The translations under genes and the position numbers were made by a program. From the NCBI GenBank assembly GCA_041739995.1, contig JBGSMV010000018.1:11165-75164 (forward strand): 64,000 nucleotides of DNA, written 5' to 3'. The notes under the pieces are model-generated. The model had not been told where the DNA came from. It did not search any database and saw nothing but the letters and a program-made list of their open reading frames with translations. Below are positions 19,437 through 28,552 of the stretch, in pieces (the stretch's first letter is position 1; every line of letters starts with the position of its first letter). Source of the DNA: Bdellovibrionota bacterium. GTDB taxonomy: Bacteria; Bdellovibrionota_C; UBA2361; JBGSMV01.

Positions 19437-20405
19437 CTAAGAAGGCGCTCCCGCGACTGCTGAGACAGAGAGAGAGCTAGAAAGAGCCTCAATCGGATCT
19501 CCTGCGCTGTACGAGAATTTAATTGAGATGCGATCGCTGGTTTTTACCTTGATGGGGGTGGGGAGGGGAAGAACCAGATAGAAGTTATGCCAGTCGACCG
19601 TGGTGTTTTCCTGAAGGTTTACGTTCAGCACGTTCTTGGTGACGAAGCGAATCGCGTTGAGTTCTCCGGGATCTGCAATTTTCACCGTTCCATCAAACTT
19701 TAGCTCGGGGGGACAGGCATTGCGGTATTCGAAGAACGAGTACACAAGCGGGTCGGTTAACCCTACGGTGTTTGTCTCGGAATCGTGAGGCTCAAAAAAA
19801 AGCGTAATTGGCGCATGGTACCCGTGGAAATCGAATTTCTGCTGTACCGGCTGAGCCGCAAGAATCGTGGCCTCGGGAATAAAGAGTGGGAGTCGAGATC
19901 CGAAACGAGCTTGATAGTTTTTCTTGAAAGCCTCTATCACTTGAACTTGCTTCTCTCTCAGCAGTGCAGAGTGAAGCATCTCGCAAATAACCACATCTAC
20001 TTCTTCAGGCGGGCAGTACTCTCGAGCATCTGCGAGAATCACCTCGACGCGATCTCCTAGCTGGTTTGAAGATATGAGCCCCTTTGCTACCTCGAACATT
20101 TGAGGGTTGCGCTCGACGCTCCAGACCTTGCTGGCTTTCTTTGCAGCGAAAGACGAAAGAATGCCCGTGCCCGCACCAAGCTCCACTACCTTGCCGCCTT
20201 CAGGGACTGCGCGGAGAATGGCTTGCTCGAATCCGCCAACGCGGGACTCATCTAAGAGCATCTGATAATGATAATGTAGAGGAATGTATTGTCCGAGCAG
20301 TTGATCTCCATCCGAGGTGTTCGAAGCTTCGCAGCCAAATGACCTGTCTGAGCAGGTTCCCTCAGGAGTGGAATTGGGTTTACGGGTTGCGCTCTCACTG
20401 TTCAC
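19437..20405 (-). CDS. SAM-dependent methyltransferase, PRMT-like
   Basis: HYQMLLDESR, VVELGAGTGILS, VDVVICEML...LLRE, beta-rich C-terminus. Confidence 0.82.
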   Translation of the reverse strand: MNSESATRKPNSTPEGTCSDRSFGCEASNTSDGDQLLGQYIPLHYHYQMLLDESRVGGFEQAILRAVPEGGKVVELGAGTGILSSFAAKKASKVWSVERNPQMFEVAKGLISSNQLGDRVEVILADAREYCPPEEVDVVICEMLHSALLREKQVQVIEAFKKNYQARFGSRLPLFIPEATILAAQPVQQKFDFHGYHAPITLFFEPHDSETNTVGLTDPLVYSFFEYRNACPPELKFDGTVKIADPGELNAIRFVTKNVLNVNLQENTTVDWHNFYLVLPLPTPIKVKTSDRISIKFSYSAGDPIEALSSSLSVSAVAGAPS

Positions 20406-20427
20406 GACATTTCTCCTAGTTATCTAT

Positions 20428-20618
20428 CGAGTGTGCTAAGTCAGAAGTTCATTTAAGTATTTTTCTCGCCGTTCTCGCTGAACTTCGTTCTTGCTGAACT
20501 CCGTTCTTACTGAACTGATTGCGTAATTCATTAAATATATTCACAAAGAGAGCAGCGATCGCGATTCCCCAGGACCACTCGGGGAATTATTCATCGAACT
20601 CCTAATTCAGGACACTAG
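20428..20618 (+). mobile_element. Family A repeat, copy 7 (internal 16-bp triplication)
   Basis: CGAGTGTGCTAAGT...TTCAGGACACTAG; 16-bp CGTTCT...TGAACT unit x3 at 20470-20517. Confidence 0.85.
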
Positions 20619-20630
20619 GGAAACTCTGAA

Positions 20631-20742
20631 AAACTAAATCTTAGTGGTCTTGACGGTCTTGGTGGTGCAAACAAACTCTAGAAATTGGCCTGAATTTGAT
20701 TAAACCACGAAGACCACAAAGCGCACGAAGATAGAAACACGG
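20631..20742 (+). repeat. Family B repeat, copy 2
   Basis: Matches 16416-16518. Confidence 0.85.
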
Positions 20743-20854
20743 GTAATTCAGAGGGTCCCTAGTAAAGACTAGGCGCATGCTATATTTGTTCGGTTGCACC
20801 GGAAAGCTTTTTTTCGGAGTGATGGTCCTACAATGCGCCATGAGGAGCTTAAAA

Positions 20855-21721
20855 ATGCCTGAAAAACGTGTGAGCGGTTCGTTGATTGTGCGCTTGGTCG
20901 CATTGACTCCGAAGCTGCTTATTAGTCGGTTTATAGGTGTTCTGGTGCAGCTAAGGCTACCACGTGTTCTCGCGCAGCCGATCGTGCAAGCCTTTAGGAG
21001 CTTCTTTAAGATTGACCTAACTGAGGCCATCGTTCCCCCGAACGGATTTCCTTCGATAGGTGAGCTTTTTACCAGAGAATTGAAGGTGGGTGCGCGCCCG
21101 ATGCCATCCGAGGAAGGTGAGTTCGTTTACCCAGTCGACGGTAAGTTGCGGGAGTATGGGCCAGGAACAAACCGAACCTGGAGCGTAAAGGGGCTCGACT
21201 GCAGCATAGAAGGACTATTGGGAGGGAACCCGTTGGCGTCGCGGCTTTCCAGTGCCGAGGTTTTTCATCTCTATCTCTCGCCCCCTGACTATCACCACGT
21301 ACACGCACCGATAGGCGGAAATATTGTAGAGAGCCAGTATGTCCCGGGCACCCTTTGGCCGGTCAATGATTGGGCACTAAGCAACGTGCAAGGCTTGTTT
21401 TGTGTCAATGAGCGACTCATTACCTATATCGAAAGTGAGTTCGGACTGGTCGCGGTGGTCATGGTGGGAGCGCTTAATGTGGGGCGCATCACGGTGCAGT
21501 TTGATTCTTGGGTCACCAACACGGGGCGAATTCCGACTGAGCTTCAGCGTCACTACGATCCTCCGCGTGCAATTGTTCGCGGAGAACGCCTAGGGACTTT
21601 TCACATGGGCTCTTCGGTTGTGCTCATAATTGAGCGACGCCCTGGGAATAGAGCTGATTGGCAATGTGCTTTGGGGCCTTGTCGCTGGGGTCAGCAGCTC
21701 TTTTCCGTCCCACCTAACTAG
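20855..21721 (+). CDS. psd: Phosphatidylserine decarboxylase proenzyme
   Basis: FTRELK, PVDG, YLSPPDYHHVHAP, NER, VGALNVG, FHMGSSVV self-cleavage motif; GAGGAG RBS before 20855. Confidence 0.93.
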   Translation: MPEKRVSGSLIVRLVALTPKLLISRFIGVLVQLRLPRVLAQPIVQAFRSFFKIDLTEAIVPPNGFPSIGELFTRELKVGARPMPSEEGEFVYPVDGKLREYGPGTNRTWSVKGLDCSIEGLLGGNPLASRLSSAEVFHLYLSPPDYHHVHAPIGGNIVESQYVPGTLWPVNDWALSNVQGLFCVNERLITYIESEFGLVAVVMVGALNVGRITVQFDSWVTNTGRIPTELQRHYDPPRAIVRGERLGTFHMGSSVVLIIERRPGNRADWQCALGPCRWGQQLFSVPPN

Positions 21722-21868
21722 CTGATCATACATCTATATTCTTTTCGAGAAGCATAACCTTTAGGGCAATCGATATGGGGGGAGAAGTTCCTCTTGTCGT
21801 CGAGCGTGCCTACCTCTCAAGTGGTGCGGGCTCATAAGCGCAGAGGAGTCGCAAGATGATTTTGTGTC

Positions 21869-22876
21869 GTGAGCCCGGTGTCCATGAGTGTGTTTCAGTT
21901 CATTAAATTAAGTCGAAAGTGGTGGAAGACTTGGGGTACGTTGCCAGTGCTTCCATGGATCAGGGCGGCGCAACATTACAAGACCGGTAGTTTTGCCAAG
22001 GCTATTCCGCTGTATCGTGCAGGACTCGAGCGTTATCGCGGACACCCCGCACATTTATGCGCGCGACTAGATCTCGCATTTTGCTTGTTCAAACTCGGAA
22101 AGCTCTCAGAAGCCGAAGGAGAGTTGAAGCTCGCGGTTAATCAGTGTCCCGAAAGCCGTGATGCGCAGCTTCGGCTGGCACAGTTTCAAATGTGGGTTGG
22201 ACATCCGCTGCAAGCGGCTTGGACCATGCGACGGGCGCTGAAAGTTCTTGCCTACGACCCTGAGTGCGCCGCAACATTTGCCCTTGCGGTACTGGAAGGC
22301 GGAGGACCCCCGTACCTTCTTAAGGAAGCACATAGACAACTTTCTCGTGCCTCTGAATGTTCTAGCATAGGGGATCGAGCGGCGCGTAAAGTGGCGGTCG
22401 CCCAAGCACGCTTTATGGTCGAGCGCGGAAACTTTGAACGCGGGCGAGATGAGCTCTATCATCTGACCTGTGAAGGCTCTACTTCTTTGGAGGCTATCAC
22501 CGCCTATTCCGAAATTCTAATCGATGAAGGTAAAATTCCCTTTGCCCGTCAGCAACTACGTCGTGGACTTTTAGTGGCGCCAAATCATCCGCGAGTGCTT
22601 TCGTTACTTGCTGAGTCCTACATGCGCCCCGGCCAGTTCCAAAATCCTGACTATGCTCTGCAACTTTCTACGAATGCGTGTCAGTTCACGGATTGGAGCA
22701 GCCCGCGCGAGCTGCATGTTATGGCGGAAGCCTATCATCTGGTCGGCGACAAAATGGCTGCGCTCTTGATGGCCAGCAAGGCAAAGCAGGTAGGTTCGCA
22801 AATTTTGAGTTCGTACCGAAAATCAAGGTCTTTAAATAGGTTAATTGAGCAGCTTTCAACCGGCACTTTGGCATAG
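21869..22876 (+). CDS. TPR-repeat protein
   Basis: Repeated helical A..L..A....P patterns over 335 aa. Confidence 0.75.
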   Translation: MSPVSMSVFQFIKLSRKWWKTWGTLPVLPWIRAAQHYKTGSFAKAIPLYRAGLERYRGHPAHLCARLDLAFCLFKLGKLSEAEGELKLAVNQCPESRDAQLRLAQFQMWVGHPLQAAWTMRRALKVLAYDPECAATFALAVLEGGGPPYLLKEAHRQLSRASECSSIGDRAARKVAVAQARFMVERGNFERGRDELYHLTCEGSTSLEAITAYSEILIDEGKIPFARQQLRRGLLVAPNHPRVLSLLAESYMRPGQFQNPDYALQLSTNACQFTDWSSPRELHVMAEAYHLVGDKMAALLMASKAKQVGSQILSSYRKSRSLNRLIEQLSTGTLA

Positions 22877-22975
22877 TGGCGTGCAGGGGAATCCTCTGAC
22901 ACATCTTGCCAAAGCGCTATGACTCTTGAGGGAGAGTGATTCCCTTCGGGAGCTGAAAGCAGCGAGAGAGAGTAT

Positions 22976-23200
22976 ATGAGTCGCTCGACAACGCAGCCTT
23001 CGGCCCCACCAGCGCCTTCTACTCATGCGGACACTTCGGGGGAGCTGACTGCTCCGCCTGGGAGTGAGCGTCTTGAGTTACAAGTGCGTGAACTTTTAGA
23101 AGTAGTGGGATCTGCTCGGGGACTGGCGCTCACAGATAAACGGTTCCGAGATGAGGTTGCAATGCTGGTTAGGGGTGGAAGAGGGTCATCCGGCGCCTAG
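22976..23200 (+). CDS. Small hypothetical protein
   Basis: ATG with purine-rich RBS; fills an intergenic gap. Confidence 0.5.
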   Translation: MSRSTTQPSAPPAPSTHADTSGELTAPPGSERLELQVRELLEVVGSARGLALTDKRFRDEVAMLVRGGRGSSGA

Positions 23201-23228
23201 GGCGGTTTGCTGAAATTGAGTGTGTGTA

Positions 23229-23711
23229 ATGGCCTTCGAGAACAACAGCGACGGACACCAGTCGGGGCAAAGTAGGCCGCCCCCGCTCTCGGTGTCGGAA
23301 AACTACGATGAAATTTTTGAGATCGAGATAGACTGCTGGTGCTACGGGTTTATCAAATTTCCCGGAGAGATCACCGCACCGCTAGTGCACCGAGTGCTTA
23401 AAGAGCTTGGGCCGGTCCTGCAGGCCGCAATCGATCACAATTTTGTATTTGACGTTTTAAGCACTGCCCAGTCTCTGTTCAAGGCTACGGCAGGTGTGGT
23501 GAGCGAGCGCGAAATTTGTTTCTCCCTACTCGCACAGCTTCCTACACCTCAGATTCTTACCGAAGACGGTCAGTTTGTGTTGGCACAAATCATAGATCGC
23601 GCCGAACAAGCCCATGCTGGTGTGCTCGCACGCATGGAAAAGCGTTGGAAGGCCTCGCGAGATGCTCCGTCGGCGGAGGAGAAAAGGCTTTCACAACGAG
23701 TAGGCTCTTAA
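23229..23711 (+). CDS. Hypothetical protein
   Basis: Globular-looking 160-aa ORF with no competing gene. Confidence 0.7.
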   Translation: MAFENNSDGHQSGQSRPPPLSVSENYDEIFEIEIDCWCYGFIKFPGEITAPLVHRVLKELGPVLQAAIDHNFVFDVLSTAQSLFKATAGVVSEREICFSLLAQLPTPQILTEDGQFVLAQIIDRAEQAHAGVLARMEKRWKASRDAPSAEEKRLSQRVGS

Positions 23712-23777
23712 ACGTTCTCGCCCGAGCAGGTGCAATTGTCTCATGCCTGCACTTTCAATTGAGCGATGAATCTGGTT

Positions 23778-24518
23778 TCAAACGGTAGAGGATCTTTTAC
23801 CGCGGCGGTGACGTGAGGAGCGTCGAGCTCCGCCAGTTCTCACCGCCTTTGTTGTGGTAAAAAGCTTCGTCGCTCTGCACTTGCTTAAAAAGTCAGCGAA
23901 CTGCCTGCGAAGTTGAGTGGCCACTTCGATATTTCCCTCGACCTGCTCAAGTGCCAGGGCAGCGGCTTCGATAGTCGAGAGACTTTCTCGGCGCGGCTCA
24001 CGACGAAGATCTCCGTATAAGGACGGAGTCGCTGGCGTGAGGACGATGCGCCTTAGTTTCAAAAGCCAGGGATTGCGCCACCACATCGCCTTCGCTTGGC
24101 GCCAGTTGCCGTCAAGAACCACAATTCCTTCCAGCACTGGCGAGGAGCTAGGCGTGGCACCTTTAATCGTTGAGTCAGTGTGCTCATGCGAGCGTTCTTT
24201 AGTACCAAGGAAAAGAACACCCCAGCGCTTCGGGTCGAGTGCAGGCTCGCGAGAGTCAGGGCTCGGTTTTCTGCCGAGGGCGCTTGTTAAATTTCTCCAC
24301 GAAAGTCCGACACGCAGGGTCGAGTTCGTGAGAGCCTTATGCAGAATGATGGCGGTCCCCAGTTCCTTATCTGGTTCCTGAGGGTGCTGTAATATTAGCA
24401 CATGGGTTTTGGTTGGTAGTGGCGCTGAATGCGCACACATGCAGAGACTGAGCCGCTTTTGACAATGCGCGCACTGCGACTGTTGAACCTGACCTTCGCT
24501 TACCATACTGGAGCCCAT
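23778..24518 (-). CDS. DTW-domain tRNA-uridine aminocarboxypropyltransferase (TapT-like)
   Basis: CAHC...CMC, ILQHPQE, VLDGNWRQAK, LSTIEA. Confidence 0.88.
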   Translation of the reverse strand: MGSSMVSEGQVQQSQCAHCQKRLSLCMCAHSAPLPTKTHVLILQHPQEPDKELGTAIILHKALTNSTLRVGLSWRNLTSALGRKPSPDSREPALDPKRWGVLFLGTKERSHEHTDSTIKGATPSSSPVLEGIVVLDGNWRQAKAMWWRNPWLLKLRRIVLTPATPSLYGDLRREPRRESLSTIEAAALALEQVEGNIEVATQLRRQFADFLSKCRATKLFTTTKAVRTGGARRSSRHRRGKRSSTV

Positions 24519-24795
24519 TAATCTGACTTATACGGTTGGTTGCAGAGCTATTTTTCCTAAATCACCGAAGGCCCACGCCGCAGTGCGCGCCGCTTTCGTT
24601 CTGCTCGGACGCACTTGCCTTAAGAGGCCGCAGAGTAGCGGAGCGCCAATTTCCTGACACTACCGTCAATATCACTCTACTGGAGCAAAGGGTAACTAGC
24701 TGAAAATACGTAAATTCATGGCGGCAATCGCTGCGCACGGCGCTTGCAATGCAAAGGGCTCTGGGAGAACGACTCGAACTAAGAAGGAGCTGCTT

Positions 24796-25203
24796 GTGAG
24801 CCTGATTGACCGCATCTTCGATAAGACCTTTACGGGGCTGCAGCGCACCATGGATCTTACGTGGCGCCGCAACGAGGTAATCACCAGTAACATTACTAAC
24901 GCTGAGACTCCGCAGTACCGCGCCGCTGATTTCTCCTTTGCGGGAGAACTGGATCGCGCCTTCGGTGATTCGACAGAGGCGCTCAAGCGAACAAGCTCCA
25001 AACATCTTGATACCACCTCTTCCTCTAGTGCCCATATCACACCCGATCTTTCCGGTGCAACGAAGGCGGACGGAAACAATGTCGACATAGAAATCCAAAT
25101 GGGCCAGATGGCGAGCAATTCTGGAAAGTTTTCAGTCGCCGCTGACCTCTATCGGCGCAAACTAAGCCACATGAAGATGGCCATAAGAGAAGCAGGGAGG
25201 TAA
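24796..25203 (+). CDS. flgB: Flagellar basal-body rod protein FlgB
   Basis: SNITNAETPQY, DGNNVDIE; AAGGAG RBS before GTG 24796. Confidence 0.95.
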   Translation: MSLIDRIFDKTFTGLQRTMDLTWRRNEVITSNITNAETPQYRAADFSFAGELDRAFGDSTEALKRTSSKHLDTTSSSSAHITPDLSGATKADGNNVDIEIQMGQMASNSGKFSVAADLYRRKLSHMKMAIREAGR

Positions 25204-25210
25204 CTAGGGT

Positions 25211-25639
25211 ATGCCGGGTTCACTTGAAGTACTTGCTCGATCCCTTAGCGTCCAGCGTCTTCGTGTAGACGTGATTGCGTCCAATATCGCCAATGCCGAG
25301 ACCACCCGAACGCCCGAGGGGGGTCCGTATCGGCGCCGTGACATCCTGCAGGTAGCAAATGAGTATCGTCCAGACTTTGCATCTGCCCTTGATCGCATGA
25401 CCCTCGCCGTCCCTAAGGTTCAGGCGGTACTCGAAGACCAAGAAGAGCCACGCTTAGTTTATCAACCAGGCCACCCCGACGCGAACCAAGAGGGGTACGT
25501 ATCGTATCCAAATATCAATGTGGTGACCTCAATGACAGATCTTATGACGGCAAGTCGTCTGTATCAGGCAAATATTGTTGCGGTCGAGAACGTGCGAAAC
25601 ATGGCGCGGGACGCAAGGTCGCTCGCACAGTCGGCATAA
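25211..25639 (+). CDS. flgC: Flagellar basal-body rod protein FlgC
   Basis: SNIANAETTRTPEGGPYRR, PGHPDA...GYVSYPNIN. Confidence 0.96.
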   Translation: MPGSLEVLARSLSVQRLRVDVIASNIANAETTRTPEGGPYRRRDILQVANEYRPDFASALDRMTLAVPKVQAVLEDQEEPRLVYQPGHPDANQEGYVSYPNINVVTSMTDLMTASRLYQANIVAVENVRNMARDARSLAQSA

Positions 25640-25697
25640 AGCAGCGGTGAAACAGCGCCAATAAGGCACAAGTCAAAGAGTCTAGGGAGAAGTAGAT

Positions 25698-26024
25698 ATG
25701 AGCATAGAAGGAATTAAGTCAGGCCTCGCGAAATACGCACAGATTGAAAGAATTACTAACCCAGCTCCCGTGGTGCCTGGCAAAACCGAGAGCGGAGGTG
25801 GGCCTAGCTTTAGTCAGATGCTGGGGAATTCTCTGCAGGAAGTGAACTCATTGCAGCATCAGGCGGATGGGAAGATCAAAGATCTCGTACTAAACCGCGA
25901 TGAAACCACTACGCATGAAGCAATGATTGCTCTCGAGCAAGCAGACGTTGCCTTCCAGCTGATGAACAACATTCGATCGAAGATCGTTCGTGCTTACGAA
26001 GAGGTGATGCGAACTCAGGTGTAA
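25698..26024 (+). CDS. fliE: Flagellar hook-basal body protein FliE
   Basis: HEAMIALEQA...IRSKIVRAYEEVMRTQV. Confidence 0.95.
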   Translation: MSIEGIKSGLAKYAQIERITNPAPVVPGKTESGGGPSFSQMLGNSLQEVNSLQHQADGKIKDLVLNRDETTTHEAMIALEQADVAFQLMNNIRSKIVRAYEEVMRTQV

Positions 26025-26059
26025 GCGAGCGGTAATCAACGGCGTTAAAGGAGAGTGCG

Positions 26060-27715
26060 GTGGCAAGTTCATTCGATCCGAGTGCGGTATTGGGACAGCT
26101 GACAGAAAGCTTCATGAAGCTTCCCCTGCTTCAGAAGATAATGTTTCCCTTGCTGATTGTGGGGGCGGTCAGTGGAATCGTTTGGGTGGCAAATTGGGCC
26201 AATCGCCCTGACTACGTAGTACTATTCTCGGACCTTAAGCCTACCGATTCAGCCGCCGTGGTAGGAAAGCTCAAGGATAGAAAAATCGCATACCAAGTTA
26301 GAGGCGATGGGACCTCGATTGCCATCTCTCCACCAGAAATTGTGCATGAGCTTCGCATCGAGCTCGCCGGTGAGGGCGTTCCGCAGGGCGGAGTAGTGGG
26401 CCTTGAAATTTTTGAAAATACCAATCTAGGAACCACCACATTCCAAGAAAAAATTAAACTTCAGCGTGCGATTCAAGGGGAACTCGAACGCACCATTGGC
26501 GCGCTTGAAGCCGTTCACTCGGCGCGCGTGCATTTGGCGCAGCCTGAAAAGAGCGTCTTTGCAAAGAAGGGCAGCGAGCCAACAGCTTCCGTTATGCTGC
26601 AATTGGAAGCGGGTGCTGAGCTGACCAAGCAGCAAATAAAGGGAATCACCAATCTCGTTGCGGGGAGTGTCGAGGGCCTTAATGTTAAAAATGTGACGTT
26701 GATCGATGTTCGAGGAAATTTGCTCTCGGTTGACGAGGAAAATGAAGACTCGTTGACCATGGAGGCAACTCGACTGCAGTATCAGCGCGAGGTCGAGAAG
26801 GGGTTTGCGCAAAGAATTGAGCAAATGCTCATGATGGTACTCGGACCGAATCGTGTCATTGCCCGAGTATCAGCAGACTTAGACTTCTCAGCGACCGAAC
26901 GTGAGGAGGAGAGTTTTGATCCAGGCGGGCAGGTAATTCGCTCTGAGCGCACCGTTGAAGAAGGTGCGGGCACACAGCAACGAGGTGGAATTCCAGGGGT
27001 TGTTTCAAATCTTGCAAGTGATCCAGATTTGCTTTCAGCCCCCGGTACGGGGAAACAGGAGTCTCAGCGTAGGGAAGCCGTAAAGAATTTTGAAGTTTCA
27101 AGAGCGATTAGCAAAGTATCATCCCCTCGTGGGCAGCTTACTAGGCTTTCAGTAGCCGTTCTGGTGGATGGCATTTACGACAAACAACCTGTTCCGACCG
27201 ATGGAAGTCGCGCCGCTGACCCTATATTCAAGCCGCTTGATCCAGAAATGATCGCCCGAATCGAGTCCCTGGTGCGTAGCGCGGTCGGGTTTGATGCATC
27301 CCGCGGGGATACCGTTACGGTCGAGAACATCGCGTTCCACGCCCCGACCGAAGATTTCACCGAGATGATGTCGGGTAAGGCCACTCAAGATTTGATCTTC
27401 AATGTGCTGTATCGAGCTGGACCGTTGGTATTTATTCTTCTGTTCTTCCTCGTGATCGTAAGACCGTTGGTGAAGTTCCTGGTAACCCCAACAGAAGCAG
27501 AGGTGGATCTGACGCGCCTGCTTCCGACTGGTATTCAAGACTTGGAGAAAGAGCTTGAGTCGGAGCGCACACGAGCCTCGGTACCAACCTACGAGCCTTC
27601 AGTGGACATAGAGCAACTTGAGCAGATGATGGCTGAGAACTCACGTATCGTGAAAGAGAACCCACAGCAAGCTGCACTCCTGATTCGATACTGGCTCAAT
27701 GACGGGAGGTTATAG
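26060..27715 (+). CDS. fliF: Flagellar MS-ring protein FliF
   Basis: Two TM segments, RAIQGELERTI, ARVHLAQP, RLSVAVLVDG, C-terminal ENP..AALLIRYWL. Confidence 0.97.
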   Translation: MASSFDPSAVLGQLTESFMKLPLLQKIMFPLLIVGAVSGIVWVANWANRPDYVVLFSDLKPTDSAAVVGKLKDRKIAYQVRGDGTSIAISPPEIVHELRIELAGEGVPQGGVVGLEIFENTNLGTTTFQEKIKLQRAIQGELERTIGALEAVHSARVHLAQPEKSVFAKKGSEPTASVMLQLEAGAELTKQQIKGITNLVAGSVEGLNVKNVTLIDVRGNLLSVDEENEDSLTMEATRLQYQREVEKGFAQRIEQMLMMVLGPNRVIARVSADLDFSATEREEESFDPGGQVIRSERTVEEGAGTQQRGGIPGVVSNLASDPDLLSAPGTGKQESQRREAVKNFEVSRAISKVSSPRGQLTRLSVAVLVDGIYDKQPVPTDGSRAADPIFKPLDPEMIARIESLVRSAVGFDASRGDTVTVENIAFHAPTEDFTEMMSGKATQDLIFNVLYRAGPLVFILLFFLVIVRPLVKFLVTPTEAEVDLTRLLPTGIQDLEKELESERTRASVPTYEPSVDIEQLEQMMAENSRIVKENPQQAALLIRYWLNDGRL

Positions 27716-28533
27716 TGGCGTTGGACACTGAGCAGGTCGAAGATTCTACCAACCGATCTCAAGCTGACTTCGAAAGCTCTCCATGGGCGGACTCGTCATG
27801 GGAGATTGTAGGCGAGGTACCGAAGGGAGAGGAGTTCTTTCCTATGAAGCTTGCCCCAGTTCCTGGCACCGAAGCTGTTGCGGACCCGATGTTCGCCGAC
27901 TTTGGGGGAAGAGCCGAGGTTCATGCGGGCGACCGCTGGCATTTGCCCGAGCATCTAGGAGGAGAGCAGCGAGTAAGAGAAGGCCGAGCGAATGCCCAAG
28001 AGGAAGCAGGGAAGGCGCAAGTTGCTGAGTTTGAGCGTCAAAAAGCCGAGGCCTTTGAGCAAGGGCAGGTTCACGGCAGAGTGGAAGCTGAAGCGGCACA
28101 GGCGGAAAAACTTGAAGTGATCAACGCAAGTCTTCAGACTTTGGTACAGGACATGAAGACGCAGTTGGCGGAGGCGATGTTGCATATTAGCAAGCGCGCA
28201 AGTCAGCTGGCAGTGGAGATTTCCAAGAAGATCATAGATTCCGCGGTCGAGATCAATCCTGAGTATATTGCCAACATCGTGCAGCAGGCCTTGCCGCTTG
28301 CAGGCGGCGCAGGGATTAGAAAGGTGCGTGTAAGTCCACAGGACATGGAGTTTATCGAAGTGGTTGGTGTGCATAGAGTCTTCAAGGACTTTGACGAGTC
28401 GTGGGCATTCGAAGCTGACCCAACTATTAGAGCGGGCTGCATAGTTGAAACATCGGCAGGTGAGATTGATTTTGACCTCGACCACGCCTTTGATCGCCTG
28501 AAAGAAAAGATTGTCACTGTTTCAAAGAGCTAG
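27715..28533 (+). CDS. fliH: Flagellar export protein FliH
   Basis: AFEQGQVHG repeat, VRVSPQD, DPTIRAGCIVETSAGEIDFD; precedes fliI. Confidence 0.88.
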   Translation: MALDTEQVEDSTNRSQADFESSPWADSSWEIVGEVPKGEEFFPMKLAPVPGTEAVADPMFADFGGRAEVHAGDRWHLPEHLGGEQRVREGRANAQEEAGKAQVAEFERQKAEAFEQGQVHGRVEAEAAQAEKLEVINASLQTLVQDMKTQLAEAMLHISKRASQLAVEISKKIIDSAVEINPEYIANIVQQALPLAGGAGIRKVRVSPQDMEFIEVVGVHRVFKDFDESWAFEADPTIRAGCIVETSAGEIDFDLDHAFDRLKEKIVTVSKS

Positions 28534-28552
28534 AACTGGAAGAGCTTCCCAT

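Noticed and set aside
24732..24750. Sigma54 promoter upstream of flgB (TGCGCACGGCGCTTGCA)
   Set aside because: The -12 element is good but the invariant -24 GG reads CG; not supportable
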